Assembly (NCBI GenBank): GCA_002269645.1
Contig: NIVC01003274.1
Span: 1 to 64,000 of the forward strand
Source: Macrostomum lignano
Taxonomy: Eukaryota
Direction of reading: 5' to 3'
Length of the DNA stretch: 64,000 bases
Positions 22,146 through 39,326 of this stretch are shown here, piece by piece. The first letter of the stretch is position 1, and each line of letters opens with the position of its first letter. Under the pieces are notes generated by a model. It searched no databases, had not been told where the DNA came from, and worked only from the letters and a program-made list of their open reading frames with translations. Both the position numbers and the translations under genes were made by a program.

Positions 22146-25100
22146 TCACGCATTCTCCGGAACGACAGTCGCCGCCACCGCCACAGGAGCAGCCGTGGCA
22201 TCTTCAGCAGCCCGGCCGCCTCGCAGGTCCAACAGTCCGGCCAGCTGGCAATCGCCACCCAGCCTCTCGTCGACATCGTAGATGGCCAACTGTCCGACGT
22301 CGCCGGACATTGCGCACAACAATCTCAGCTGCCGGCCAATGTAAGCCAGGGCGCAGACGGACCGGCCTGGACCCGAGCGACTGCCCGTGGACAGTCTGGC
22401 TGTGGCGAAGTCGCGGTCCTGTGACAGGGCGGCCGGCAGATAGGCAGAGGTGGCCCGGTAGGCCCAGCTAGCCCAGGATTGCTGCTGATTCGCCTGCTGT
22501 TGCTGCTGCTGCTTCTAGAGGAGAGTTAGAAAAAGTTTTATCGCATTTGAACCAACATCAATATAAAGGACGACCCTGCAAAATACAAAACTGACTCTAC
22601 AGACACTGAGAAACAGACCCTTCAAAAATGGAAAACCGACCCTGCAAACTGCAAAACAGACCTTTAAGACACTGAGAAACAGATCCTGCAAAACACCGAG
22701 AAACAGACCCTACAAAACACAGAGAAACAGACCCTGCAAAACACAGAGAAACAGACCCTACAAAACACTGAGAAACAGACCCTACAAAACACTGAGAAAC
22801 AGACCCTACAAAACACTGAGAAACAGACCCTGCAAAACACAGAGAAACAGACCCTGCAAAACACTGAGAAACAGACCCTGCAAAACACAGAGAAACAGAC
22901 CCTACAAAACACTGAGAAACAGACCCTACAAAACACTGAGAAACAGACCCTACAAAACACTGAGAAACAGACCCTGCAAAACACTGAGAAACAGACCCTG
23001 CAAACACAGAGAAACAGACCCTGCAAAACACAGAGAAACAGACCCTGCAAAACACTGAGAAACAGACCCTGCAAAACACTGAGAAACAGACCCTACAAAA
23101 CACTGAGAAACAGACCCTACAAAACACTGAGAAACAGACCCTACAAAACACTGAGAAACAGACCCTGCAAAACACTGAGAAACAGACCCTGCAAACACAG
23201 AGAAACAGACCCTGCAAAACACAGAGAAACAGACCCTGCAAAACACTGAGAAACAGACCCTGCAAAACACTGAGAAACAGACCCTACAAAACACTGAGAA
23301 ACAGACCCTACAAAACACTGAGAAACAGACCCTACAAAACACTGAGAAACAGACCCTGCAAAACACTGAGAAACAGACCCTGCAAAACACTGAGAAACAG
23401 ACCCTACAAAACACTGAGAAACAGACCCTACAAAACACTGAGAAACAGACCCTACAAAACACTGAGAAACAGACCCTACAAAACACTGAGAAACAGACCC
23501 TACAAAACACTGAGAAACAGACCCTGCAAAACACAGAGAAACAGACCCTGCAAAACACTGAGAAACAGACCCTGCAAAACACAGAGAAACAGACCCTACA
23601 AAACACAGAGAAACAGACCCTACAAAACACTGAGAAACAGACCCTGCAAAACACTGAGAAACAGACCCTGCAAAACACTGAGAAACAGACCCTGCAAAAC
23701 ACTGAGAAACAGACCCTACAAAACACTGAGAAACAGACCCTACAAAACACTGAGAAACAGACCCTACAAAACACTGAGAAACAGACCCTACAAAACACTG
23801 AGAAACAGACCCTGCAAAACACTGAGAAACAGACCCTGCAAACACAGAGAAACAGACAATAGACCCACCTCCAAATGCTGCTGCTGCGGATCAAGGCAGA
23901 ACACGTGCAGAGTCTCAGTGTTGGAGCAGCAGGCCAATAAGCTGCTGTCCCGACTGAAGGCCAGCGAATGCAGCTGGACGCAGCGCTTTACACCGCGTCG
24001 GAATTCAGCCACGCGTTCGCCATCTGGCACAGAGTAGACCCGAATCACCGTGCCCTTCTCCGAGGCGGTGGCCAAACGAGTGGCAGTTGAGTTGAAAGCT
24101 AGCGCGGCTAGCGGACTGTTGTGAGCGGGTATCTGGGGGCAACAGGGGAGGGGGGCGTTGGGCATCACCGTAAATGCAATTAATAATTCAGATCCCAAAT
24201 TCTAGGACAAAGATTCCTAATCCGGTGAATTAGATTCCTAATCCGGTAAATTAGATTCCTAATCCGGTGAATTAGATTCCTAATCTGGTGAATTAGATTC
24301 CTAATCCTGTGAATTAGATTCCTAATCCGGGGATTTAGATTCTTAATCCGGTGAATTAGATTCCTAATCCGGGGATATCTAAGCCTAACCTGAAAATATT
24401 AATGCCTAATACGGGGACATCAATGCCTAATCCGAGGATATTAATGCTTAATCTGCGGATTTCTTTTCAAAGCGCAGCTCAACTTAGCAAAACAAACTAA
24501 ACTCACAGAGCACAGCTGCCTTAGCGCCATCGCGTCAAACACTCTGGCCTCGCCGGTGCCTCCGCTGCCATTAGCAGGATAGGCCAGCATGCAGGCGTCC
24601 TGGTCAGAGCACAGCGCGCACAGGCCCTGCCTATTGCCTGTTGAATCGCGCACCGTGTGCACCACCTTCATGTCCTGCAGGCTGTGCAGATGGAGCGAGT
24701 CCGCTAAACAGACAACCAGACGCTGACGGCTGAGGCGGACTGTCAGCACCGGCTCCTGAAGGCAAATTGGTCAGGGAACAACTAACAACCAAGCTAACTA
24801 GCAAACTAACAACCGAACTAAAAAGCTAACAACCAAGCTAACTAACAAGCTAACAACCCAGCTAAGTACGAGCTAGCAAACTAACAACCAAGCTAACTAG
24901 CAAACCAACAACCAAGCTAACAAACTAACAACCAAGCTAACTAGCAAACCAACAACCAAGCTAACTAGCAAACCAACAACCAAGCTAACTAACAAACTAA
25001 CAACCAAGCTAACTAACAAACTAACAACCAAGCTAACTAGCTAACTAACAACCAAGCTAACAATCAAGCTAACTAACAACTAAGCTAACAATCAAGCTAA

Positions 25101-25905
25101 CTAACAACTAAGCTAACAATCAAGCTAACTAACAACCAAGCTAACTAGCTAACTAACAACCAAGCTAACAATCAAGCTAACTAACAACCAAACTAACTAG
25201 CAAACCAACAACCAAGCTAACTAGCAAACCAACAACCAAGCTAACTAACAAACTAACAACCAAGCTAACTAACAAACTAACAACCAAGCTAACTAGCTAA
25301 CTAACAACCAAGCTAACAATCAAGCTAACTAACAACCAAGCTAACTAGCTAACTAACAACCAAGCTAACAATCAAGCTAACTAACAACCAAGCTAACTAA
25401 CAAACTAACAACCCAGCTAAGTACGAGCTAGCAAACCAACAACCAAGCTAACAAACTAACAACCCAAATAACTAGCAAACTAACAACCCAACTAACTAGC
25501 AAACTAACAACCCAACTAACTAGCAAACTAACAACCAAACTAACGAACAAACTAACAACGAAGCTAACAACAAATCCCACCAACCTGATAGTTGCAGCTG
25601 CAAATCTCTGTACCCTTCTTAAAGTGCATAACCCGCAGGCGACGCGGCTGAGCAAGCATAACAGCGGCCACTAACGAGCTGGAGTAGTGCCGCTCAACTA
25701 TGCTCACAGCTTCGCCGCACCAGCGATGCAGCTCATCAAGCTTATCACCACTAGATGACACAGAGTACAGCGCATAGCCATTGCTTAAGCCTACAGCTAG
25801 GGAGCTGCAGTCCTGATTGAAACTGACATGCAGAACAGAGACTGAAGCACTTTCAACTGGCGCTGCACTGATGCCAGCCGAAGCGCCGGAGCTGCTGTGA
25901 GGCTC
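22146..25905 (-). CDS. WIPI2: WIPI2/Atg18 PROPPIN beta-propeller autophagy protein; the start-codon exon upstream of 25905 was not located
   Basis: Exons 25585-25905, 24507-24755, 23869-24132, 22146-22514, all phase 0 with GT-AG ends. Motifs SFNQDCSSLAVG, HFKKGTEIC, IPAHNSPLAALAF, ATASEKGTVIRV and the PI3P-binding EFRRGVKRC. Confidence 0.95.
22610..23857. repeat. 24-bp minisatellite ACAGACCCTGCAAAACACTGAGAA in a WIPI2 intron
   Basis: About 50 units. Confidence 0.98.
24205..24440. repeat. 21-bp minisatellite GATTCCTAATCCGGTGAATTA in a WIPI2 intron
   Basis: Tandem units. Confidence 0.92.
24780..25570. repeat. Compound AACAACCAAGCTAACT(AGCA) minisatellite in a WIPI2 intron
   Basis: Variable 16-24 bp units. 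Confidence 0.95.
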
Positions 25906-27056
25906 CTGGAGAGATTAATTAATAATTAGTATTATAAATAAGTTTTTGATAGTCAAAGCAATAATCAAAGTCTTCACATAAAACCTAGACTTAATTAGAG
26001 ATGAGTCTTCTGTGAGATTTTCAAAAGAAATTAGAGTGATATCCCATTAATTCAAAATGTCTACCTGCACATAGTACTAGTTAGATGACGAAGCATTTAG
26101 GCTTATAATACAGCAATAGTTACTCCTGCTGTTTACCAAAATAATGATCAGGATAAAGCAACTTGAGATTAGAATATAAATTCTTGTCAAAGATCCTAGG
26201 ATTTTGGAATGATAGGGTACAGCTAGGTTTTATGATTCAATTTTGCATATGCATAAATAACCCCCAAAATTATACTGGACATCACTAAGTTTTACAACTT
26301 ACCCAAGAACAAAATCACAAAAATATTCAATGTGTTGTCAAGGAGCATGTCAAATTAGTCCCAAAATAGAAGCAATATATTGTAGCAACACTGTTTTACT
26401 ATTATATCTCTTTATTGAACTAGATTTTTCATAATTTTATATAAATTGCCAGCTCAATAAAGGGATCCAATAGGTAAAGAACTGCTGATTATCAATAATA
26501 AAGATATGATCTTTATGGCTAATCACAAAATCTTAAAATTGAAATTAAAAAATGTATTTTATAGCTTTTCCCAATTCTTGAGTTTTTATTTTATCAAATA
26601 TTTATTTGTTATCATAACAAATATATACCATTTGCAGTGTACTTGGTATAATTTCTTGAACTAGTATGCCTAATATAAGAATGGCTAATATGACATATTT
26701 ATCTTTGATAGGCCCTATGACCTATCTATCTATGGTTATATCCAAAGAGCCATTTTCTAAACCTATTTTTTCTTTCTTTCTTTATGTTTTTATATTATAT
26801 TATTTTTTTTGGCACTTTTGGTTCTATTCATATTTTAGTGCTTAGTTTATTAGTTTTGTAACATTATCATATATATCTATTTATATTTTGGATGCCAATT
26901 ATATATTAGCTAACCAGATATGCTAGGAAGATAGAGGGTAGGTGTTGCATATATTATTATAAGATTTAGTATAACTAAAAACCTATTCAATTATAATTAT
27001 AGCTAGTAAAAATAACTAAAATATATATAGGCATATGGCTATAGGCCTATAGCAAC

Positions 27057-27231
27057 CAAGGGTGGATTTAGGGAGGGGGGCTTGACAAAACATATTGTGC
27101 CCCTAAACTTGATTTTGCCTCCTACATGCATTTTTTGCATCCCCTAGCTTAAAAATTAGCACCCTTTATACTCGTGTTGCCACCCCAAACTTGGACCCCC
27201 CCCCCCAAATGAAACTCTAGATCTGCCACTG
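27057..27231. mobile_element. Small hAT-like MITE
   Basis: Degenerate TIR (CAAGGGTGGATTTAG / CTAGATCTGCCACTG) with flanks ATAGCAAC / ATAGCAAT (7 of 8). Confidence 0.55.
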
Positions 27232-28974
27232 ATAGCAATATTAATAAAGACATCTTAGTCTTGATTTGATTTCTTTTTATGTCTAAAGATTAAAAAAGTC
27301 AAATATAGGGCCTACTCTTATTATTACTGTGTTGATTTATTTATTGTTATCTCTCAGTCAGTCTTACTTAGGTGGAGACTAGAAAAAAATCAAAGGGGTT
27401 AGAATTTAGGGGACCAAGACCAATTCTATGTACTCTAACAGATTGCCTCATTGCTGACTTGCAAGCATTTGAGCTGACTAGCCTACTTAGGTTGCTACTG
27501 CCTAACTGGACCCCTTCTACCTATTCTACAAATGTATGTGCATATATGCAATGGGCCTCCTTTCTGCATCTTATTCTTAATATACTACTATATATACAAA
27601 AACTACAAGGTATGCATAATGCCATAATTTGAAGAAAAAAATATTCATAATTGAAGCTGTGGAAACATACAAAAAGAAACCAGATCAGATTAGCTAGGCC
27701 TAGGCTCTCAGAAACAATCCAAGTAACAGTTGTTAGGGCCTAGCTAATAAAAGTAGGCAAGTGAAGAAATAAAACTAAGAGTCAGGCGTAGAGCTAGGCT
27801 ACAGACATTGGTCAGTCAGGTCACAGGCCCATCCCTGATAACTTTAAAAAAGCTAGGCCTACGCCTAGATAAGCCTTTGGATAGCCTTACGCCTTTGGCT
27901 TTGCCTTTAGTAAGCTAATACATCAGATAGTAGGCCCTATAGTATTACCATTGCATTAGGCGTAGGTCCCCTAGCTAATGTAACAGCTGAAATTCTTAGT
28001 TCTTTCCGATGCGCTTGGCTTGGCCCATTGCTGCTGAAATTTTAGCAGTTGAAACCGAGGCACCGCCTAGCTTTAGCTACGAACGTACATGCATTCCTGG
28101 AATCACGTGAGAAATTGAGAAATTATAATTTTTGCGCTTGTATTATCGTGACCACGTGACAGAATTGTACCTTTATAATTTTTCAAAGTTGTACAGCGGC
28201 TGTAAAAAAGCAAGATCTAGAGGCCGCCAGCTTTAGGCAGCTATTTTTAAATATTCTAGCATGCCTAATATTCAATTTTGGCTTGTGTGTACTTGTGTAT
28301 AATTTCGCACAAGTCTACTTCTGGGCGAAATCAATCTTACACGTATATATCAGAAACACCATATGAAAAGTCACGACAGGACCTACTACATAGTGTCTTT
28401 TTGCTCTTGCATGTTTTTTATAGAAATAGAGTTATCATTAACTTTTAGCTAATATTTTAAATTAGAAAGATAGATAAAGACAGACAAGACTAAGCTAGTG
28501 AGCTCTTGCGCAAACGCGCTCGCGAAACAGACGGGGGGCTATAATTAGAATTTTGTACACTACACCCATTAAGCGCGGCGGAGCCCGCGGGAGACAGCGG
28601 TGTCGGAACCGGGGTGGGGGGGCTGGAGCCTCCCCCCCCCCACTTTTTAGCATGATCCTGCAAGTGCCCTTTTAGAATTTCGAGCAAGTGTCGGCCGGTT
28701 TTCGGCTTTGGCTTTTCTTGAAGCTAATTAAGGGTACCAGCTGATATAATAGTTCATGTTGTTCTCAATCCCATTCCACTACTACAGTTTCTATCTAATG
28801 TGCCGAAGCCTAGTGCTTTTAGTCAGTAAACTTTTTACCTCAATTGGGCCAGATTGAGCTAGAACAGCGCAGGACTGCCCTTCTGGGTCCGCTTCGCTCG
28901 GCCCCCTAAGCAGCGAAACGCGCGCCCAGGAGTCCCTGATGACTGCGGGCTATAGTAGAGCGGATAGGGAATAG

Positions 28975-29345
28975 AGAAGAGAAATACGAGCGCAGGAGAA
29001 AGGAGAGGCGAAGGAATAAAGGAGAAGAGAGTAGACGAAAAGAGAGATAAAATAGGAGAGGTGAGAGATGAGAGGGGAGATGAATGAGGAGAGGAGAGTC
29101 GAAATATAAGAGAGAGGAGAGAAGAAGAGGAGAGAGGAGGGAAGGGAAAAGAGAATGGAGAGGAAACGGGAGATGAGAGGAGAGGCAGAGAGGGGAGGAG
29201 ATGAGAGGAGAGAAGAGAGGTGAGATGAGAGGAGAGAAGAGAGGTGAGGAGATGAGAGGAGAGAAGAGAGGTGAGGAGATGAGAGGAGAGGAGAGGAGAG
29301 GAGAGGACAGGAGAATATGAGAAGAGAGAGGTGAGGGAAGAGAGA
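28975..29345. repeat. GA-rich low-complexity tract
   Basis: (GAGAG)n/(GGAGA)n composition; source of S/P/L-rich artefact ORFs. Confidence 0.9.
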
Positions 29346-29400
29346 GACACAAACATAGTGTGGGCCGGATTGCTATATTGTGAAGATTCAAAGGACTCAA

Positions 29401-31214
29401 CCCGGCGGTAAAAATCACGTCGAAATGACGTCGATATTCGCCTTTCAAAAACTTGCGACAAATGAGTAGTCGTTTGAACCTTCATTTGACGTCGAAATTT
29501 CGATATGAAATTTTTATCTTCTTTTTTGCAGAAATAATTATTAGTGATATTTGAAAAATATTTTTTCAACGTGATTTTCAGTGTATTGAAAGGATCAATA
29601 AATTCAGTAAAACTGACACAACGTTTTTTTTGTTTCAACGCATCGCGAGATACACCTTTTTAAAAATATCGCCATGCTGAATGTCGATCTATTATTTGTC
29701 AATTGCAGACTTCCAAATTATTTTACTGCGATTCATACGTAAATCTTTAACGTAAATTTTCTGTAACAAACATGGCAATTCATATTCTTTAATTGCGTTT
29801 CATTATTTTTTCGATAATTAATGTAATATACAATTTATGCGTTTAAAGTTCGATGTTTTATAATACTGTTGCTTATAGGACGGATAGGTTTAACTTTTTA
29901 TACAGGATAAGTGAATTAATAATAAAGTAGCCATAAATTAGCAACTTTTTACGTTTTAGTACAGCTTATTGGAAATTAATAATAGTGTAATATTTAATAA
30001 ACAATAATAGATTAGCTTTTATAAATGTAATAAAAGCACAATTCTATAGCTAAAAGAATGTTTGTTATGAAAAATTTTTTAGGACATTTAGGACATAGAC
30101 GTAATTATAATTTTAGCCTAAATAGTATATATAATTATCCCATTTAAACATTAATTATTTAATTATTCATTCTAATATATGTTTGTTACATTCTAAATAA
30201 AAGCATAGCCCAACCCATAACTGCTCATGAAATAACTAGAACAGCTATAGCATTTAAGTACCTTATCGCCAGCATCTAGAGCATGAAATACTGCTCATAC
30301 TATAATTATCTATTTTTTCTATGTAATGAAAACAGGATATACTATGTAACTATGCTATAAAAACTTTTATAAATGCTCTATATGGCCCAGGAATATATAG
30401 AACATTGTATAGCATTTAACTTGTTTAGTAAAGCCGCTGCTTACTCTACCAAAAATTCCAGCAAATGCCCCTCTGTCAACTCGGCGGCTGAGGACGTCCT
30501 ACGTGACCGCACAAGACGCAAAAGCTGAATTTCCGTGTGGAGTAACCGCGCAGACGCCGTTGATTTTCAGTGTTTCCCTTTCACGATTACAATATGTTGA
30601 ATTACATTTAGTTGCATTTGTTGACATTGTTGTTCCTTATTTTTCCATCGTCTATTTTCTATTCTTGATAGCTTTGATGCTATTTCTATGATCGTTTCCA
30701 ATTGCTGGTGAATTGAATATACACTGTATACTTTTTCATGGTTGCAGGATAATAGGATCTGGTTTGGATAGCAAATGAAACGTCATGCAGCCTTGCTTGG
30801 CATTTTATGCTTAAATATTTCTTTCCTATTTAGGTAGATTAGTGACTTTAGTGTATGGATTAACATTTATGTTTCGTCAGCTTAGTTCGTTTGTAGATCG
30901 TACATGTAGTTCGTCAGTTTATAACTATTGAAAAAAATAACTTTTTATAACTATGAAACTAATGCACTACAGTATATTATTAATATTAATTAGTATATGT
31001 AGATAAAAATCGTCAATTTGTCGAAAATCGCCATCTACTTGCGGTCATCATGAATATGAACGACGTCGACTTTTCGCCATCAATAGTGGAAAACGCGACG
31101 TCGCACACTCTACATCTGATGGCGAAAATTTCGACGTCGAAATCGTGGTTCAAATCGACATGAAATTTCGACGTCGCTTTTCGACGTCATTTCGACGTGA
31201 TTTTTACCGCCGGG
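29401..31214. mobile_element. Non-autonomous CMC/EnSpm-like DNA transposon, about 1.8 kb
   Basis: Perfect 34-bp TIR CCCGGCGGTAAAAATCACGTCGAAATGACGTCGA, 2-bp flanking duplication AA, subterminal GACGTCGAAA repeats and an AT-rich interior with no transposase ORF. Confidence 0.85.
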
Positions 31215-31610
31215 AAGGGCCGGATAGAGAGGCTTTGCGGGCCACATTTAGCCCCCAGGCCGGAGTTTTCCAACTTCTGTTTTAGTATTCAGCCCTTTTA
31301 CTTGGGCATCTCTGATCGAAATTCCGAGTCCGCCGCAATCCCAAGACTTAAACCGCTGCTGGCGCTGCGACTAAATGCACTAAAAGCCGTCAGATAAAAG
31401 AATATAGACCGCGCCAAAAGGAACTGAAGGAGGCAGCTAAGAAGAGATCCAGAAAATTACTGGTCTTGCCCTGGCAATTTTCATTCATTTGAGATATTAA
31501 CTAAATAAATTGATAGTGCAGAGCAGTTGCGCAATGTTTGAATTTGTTGAAAATTCGAACATTTTTCAGACTTTTGCCACTTCCAACACAGAATTGAATA
31601 TTGGCCTGGT

Positions 31611-31938
31611 TGTCACACTGTCACAAACTGACATAACAGCAGGAGTTTGGGTGCCTTTAGATAAAAAAAATCATGAGCGATGTGCCCTCCCACCAATAGC
31701 CCCCCACCCACTTTGAAATATGTTCCGACACTACTGCCCGCGGGCAGGGTGGGCAATTTCCGACCCAATATTTCAATCACATCAATTTCGCGCACGTACA
31801 CTACCTTAAATTCCGATCCTCGTCTGTGCAGATTCCTGTGGGGAGGACTCATGCTCACATGCTTATCGCCCGCCACACTCACCTGCGCACCAACCCCCAC
31901 CTCCTTTCTGTAGTTCAAAATCAATCATGAGTGTGACA
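31611..31938. mobile_element. Possible short solo LTR
   Basis: Perfect 8-bp inverted ends TGTCACAC...GTGTGACA with GC and CCAAT boxes inside; no TSD found. Confidence 0.3.
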
Positions 31939-32075
31939 GCTTTGCGACCCCCTATCTCCCCAAGCTTTTCCCTGTCTGTTGCGTAATCCCCAACATCATT
32001 AATCATTTCTCTCCGCTGCCCCGCCCTGCAGTTTCTCGTCCAATCACAGCGCGACTGGCGGGTGACGTTATTAGT

Positions 32076-32088
32076 GTTGCTTGGTAAC
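32076..32088. promoter_or_regulatory. RFX X-box-like motif with a nearby CCAAT box (32040)
   Basis: GTTGCT-T-GGTAAC resembles the GTNRCC(N0-3)RGYAAC consensus with one mismatch. Confidence 0.3.
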
Positions 32089-32247
32089 GAAGGTCCAAGG
32101 GCAGGTAGCAGCCTTCAATGCCACGCATCATGCTCAAGTGATCGCGTGACGCGTGATCTCAGAGCAATTAAATAGGAGCCTGTTTTGAGCCGAGCGGTAA
32201 CGATTTTGAACTGGTCGAACTTTCGACCTCGTGAAATTTAGACTCTG

Positions 32248-33356
32248 TGAAGTAATGTGCTTTCGACGTCGTGAAACCCGTTAGTGAAATGATCCGCCTT
32301 CTCTAGACCGACTAGCTCTCGCCCCTAAATACTTTGATTGCTCCTTGATCCTCAGGATCACCCCAATAAGCACCCGCTAACTGTCCTTTTCGATCCCCAT
32401 CGTTTGTGACTTCTTCTAACACCCACCCACCCCAATCCGAGACTTCCAGATCGCCTGTGACTGCAGCTGCCGTGACCATTCGACGACCAACCGCGCCAAG
32501 CAGCTCTGCCCGTCGGCCACGTCTGTTAAGGCATTTTTCCTCTGTTGCGCTGCCCTTGGGTAGCATTAGCCCGTGGTCTCCTCCCCCCATTGCTCACTAT
32601 CTCCTAATATTCTGTCTTAATCTATCCCACTTTAATAATAAACCAAACTGTTAGGGCCAAGTTTAGGGTCAGCAATTCAGAGCATTAGCTATTCAACTCT
32701 TGTTGTTTGTCTGTTTACTTATTTACCATGAGTCGTGGTATGAAATGTGAGTAGTGAGTGCGCCTGTCGCAGGGCATGGAATAGAAGCTGAGGATCAGGA
32801 GTAGTAAAAGATTACCGAGCCGAATTCACTCAAATAATTACGAGCATATAGCAGTAACAAAACCTCTAAATAAGTCCTCGTAGGATGTGCACCACGAGAG
32901 AGCTCTGGGACCTGCACTTCCGCATCCCCTGCTGCATCGAACCCATCTAGCTGTAGGAGGAAAACATTAAATATGGCATTATCTATTATCCACCCCTTGG
33001 ATTCCTATAGGGTTTAGGACGGAATTGTAGTCTAGAATCGTTTACCAGCTAAAAGATTCCCCTATCATGCAAATGTCCTCGTTATAGCATAGACTGTCCT
33101 TTGTATGGCTCGCAAAGTAATGCCTTGTCTTAATTGGCCATTTCTAGTACAGTTGGGGTCAACAACCTTCGTTTGTTACAGACCGCGGGTGTCCTGTCTC
33201 GTTAAGTGGTAGTTTTTACCGTGTGTAGTACTCCTGCAGACCTGCACAGGTGACTGGTGCGCGGCCACACCTCTGCATGGCGTGTACCTTTAAACAACCC
33301 TTCAGAACCGAAGCCCAGGCGTTGCACAGGTGTTTTCATGCACCGGGGTTACGTCA
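32248..33356. mobile_element. LTR-like element
   Basis: Ends TGAAGTAA...TTACGTCA (7 of 8 inverted match) and a non-coding, GC-richer island in AT-rich DNA; no TSD. Confidence 0.35.
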
Positions 33357-33853
33357 AATAATTATAGTATATAGTATATATACTATAGTATTTAGTAATT
33401 AGTAATTTAGTATTTAGTATTTAGTAATTAGTATAAATAATTAGTAATTAGTATTTAGTAATTATAGTATTATTCTCCATTTAGGCAATTCTCAGTCTAA
33501 AGGATATCAGATTTTGATCAGGTCTTGCCCACCAAATATTTTTCTTCTTCCGCCGTGCCTGACACCCACAAGCTTAAACGAGAAAAACTGTCTATATCAG
33601 CAGAAAAGGTGCAGCAATTTTCAAGCTAGTTACAATGTTAACGCGCTAAATATTCAACCCCGCTAAATATATGGCCAAGGATGATGAGCCTCTATGAATC
33701 TGTTCTATTTCGAATGCAGATTAAAGAATGTCTATGGCACAACGCTCTCCGACGCTAGCTAGCTAGGCTTTTAGTTCGGTAGTTCGCAACAGTTGACTCC
33801 TCTTTCTACACTATACTGTCGCTAGCTTCAAGTGGTAGAGCGTCGATCATTAA

Positions 33854-37393
<3,540 letters not shown>

Positions 37394-37629
37394 CTGAGAA
37401 TAAAACCATCTTATGTTAGCATCGAAGACGAAACTGTTTTAATTTCTCAAGAGTTGACTAAATCTGCGTGAACATTTGCAAAACCCATTGACAGTCTACT
37501 TAGAGTACCACCAACCGAATAAATGCGTAATTTTTGTTGTGCAAAAGAAAAAACACACGATGCTCTAGCAAAATGAAGATTTAAGAAAGGCCACGAGTAC
37601 ATCTGATAGTGGAGCTAGGATTGCATGTA

Positions 37630-38200
37630 AATTGGTCATTGAGCCGAGGTTAATTTGGTCATTAAGCTGGGATTGATTTGGTCATTGAGCTGGGATTGAT
37701 TTAGTCATTCAGCTGGGATTGATTTGGTCATTGAGCTGGGATTGATTTGGTCATTGAGCCGAGGTTAATTTGGTCATTAAGCTGGGATTGATTTGGTCAT
37801 TGAGCTAGTTTGATTTGTTCATTGAACTGGTATTGATTTGGTCATTGAGCTGGGATTGATTTGGAATCGAGTTGGGATTGATTTGGTCATTGAACTGGGA
37901 TTGATTTGGTCATTGAACTGGGATTGATTTGGTCATTGAGCTGGGATTGATTTGGTCATTGAGCTGGGATTGATTTGGTCATTGAACTGGGATTGATTTG
38001 GTCATTGAGCTGGGATTGATTTGGAATCGAGTTGGGATTGATTTGGTCATTGAGCTGAGATTGATTTGGTCATTTAGCTGGGATTGATTTGGTCATTGAG
38101 CTGGGATTGATTTGGTCATTGAGCTGGGATTGATTTGGTCATTGAGCTGAGATTGATTTGGTCATTGAGCTGGGATTGATTTGGAATCGAATTGGAATCG
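37630..38200. repeat. 23-bp minisatellite GCTGGGATTGATTTGGTCATTGA (intergenic)
   Basis: Tandem units. Confidence 0.96.
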
Positions 38201-38869
38201 AGCCTGGGCCGCTGGCACATCATAGCGCCGCGCTAGGTCTAAAAGGCTTCGCACACAAATCTCCATAGACTGCAAAAGTTTTAAAATAAACAAACAAGAC
38301 TGAGTTTTTTAAGCCGATATAAGCATATCTAATTAAATTGATTGCCAAAAATTGCAAAAATCCTTAACGATGACGTGATCAGAATAACAGAACTCGAATA
38401 GCAACTTTATTGGCTGTGTTTAATTAAGAATCTTCACTATCTTTTATCAAATAGGAAATTTCGAATTTCGAAAACCACACCGCCAGAATTTTGATGAACG
38501 GGTGGATTGAGTTTTGCTCAGAATAAATAAAATTTAGAATAATTAATCCTGGTTGAGTACACGATTAATTAGGGGATAAACAGATAGATAGTGGGACAGA
38601 ATTATATTAACATAGCTTTACTAAATAGTTTATAAGAGAAAGTTCAGTCAGATCAATCCTTGTACATTGTCAGAACATCAACGCAGTGATTTCTATCAAC
38701 TACTAATATATGACACAAAAATCAAGCATAATACTCGTATATAGTATTTTGTCTAGACATACTACCGCAATGACTAAACAATTAAAACATTCTTAGTTCA
38801 ATCGTAATTGAATCAAAAGTGCAGATTAAAAATCTAATGAAAAATAGAACACTGCAATAACGAGAGCAA

Positions 38870-39100
38870 CTTTAATGACCCACTGACACCGAATATAATG
38901 ACCCACTGACACCGAATATAATGACCCACAGACACCGAATATAATGAACCACTGACACCGAATATAATGACCCACTGACACCGAATATAATGACCCACTG
39001 ACACCGAATATAATGACCCACTGACACCGAATATAATGACCCACAGACACCGAATATAATGACCCGCTGACACTGACTTTAATGACCCATAGACACAAAC
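38870..39100. repeat. 23-bp minisatellite GACACCGAATATAATGACCCACT
   Basis: About 9 units. Confidence 0.95.
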
Positions 39101-39326
39101 GACACACTGACACAAAGTGTAACTATCCACTGGCACCAAATTTAACAAGCCTCTGACACCAACTTTTACGACCTACTGACAGAAACTTAACCAACCCACT
39201 GAAACTAATTTTTACAATTTTTTAGTGTTCTTTTAACAACGAAGCATCCCAGAGTATTAGTCGAAATAAATCGGTCTTACAGAGAGGTCTAAATTCTAGA
39301 CAAAATTTTTAAAGCGTCAGTGGCCG

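Noticed and set aside
22597-23894. Cys/Phe-rich ORFs of 136-314 aa
   Set aside because: 24-bp array in a WIPI2 intron.
28859-29638. 259-aa and 180-aa S/P/L-rich ORFs
   Set aside because: GA-rich low-complexity tract plus a transposon end.
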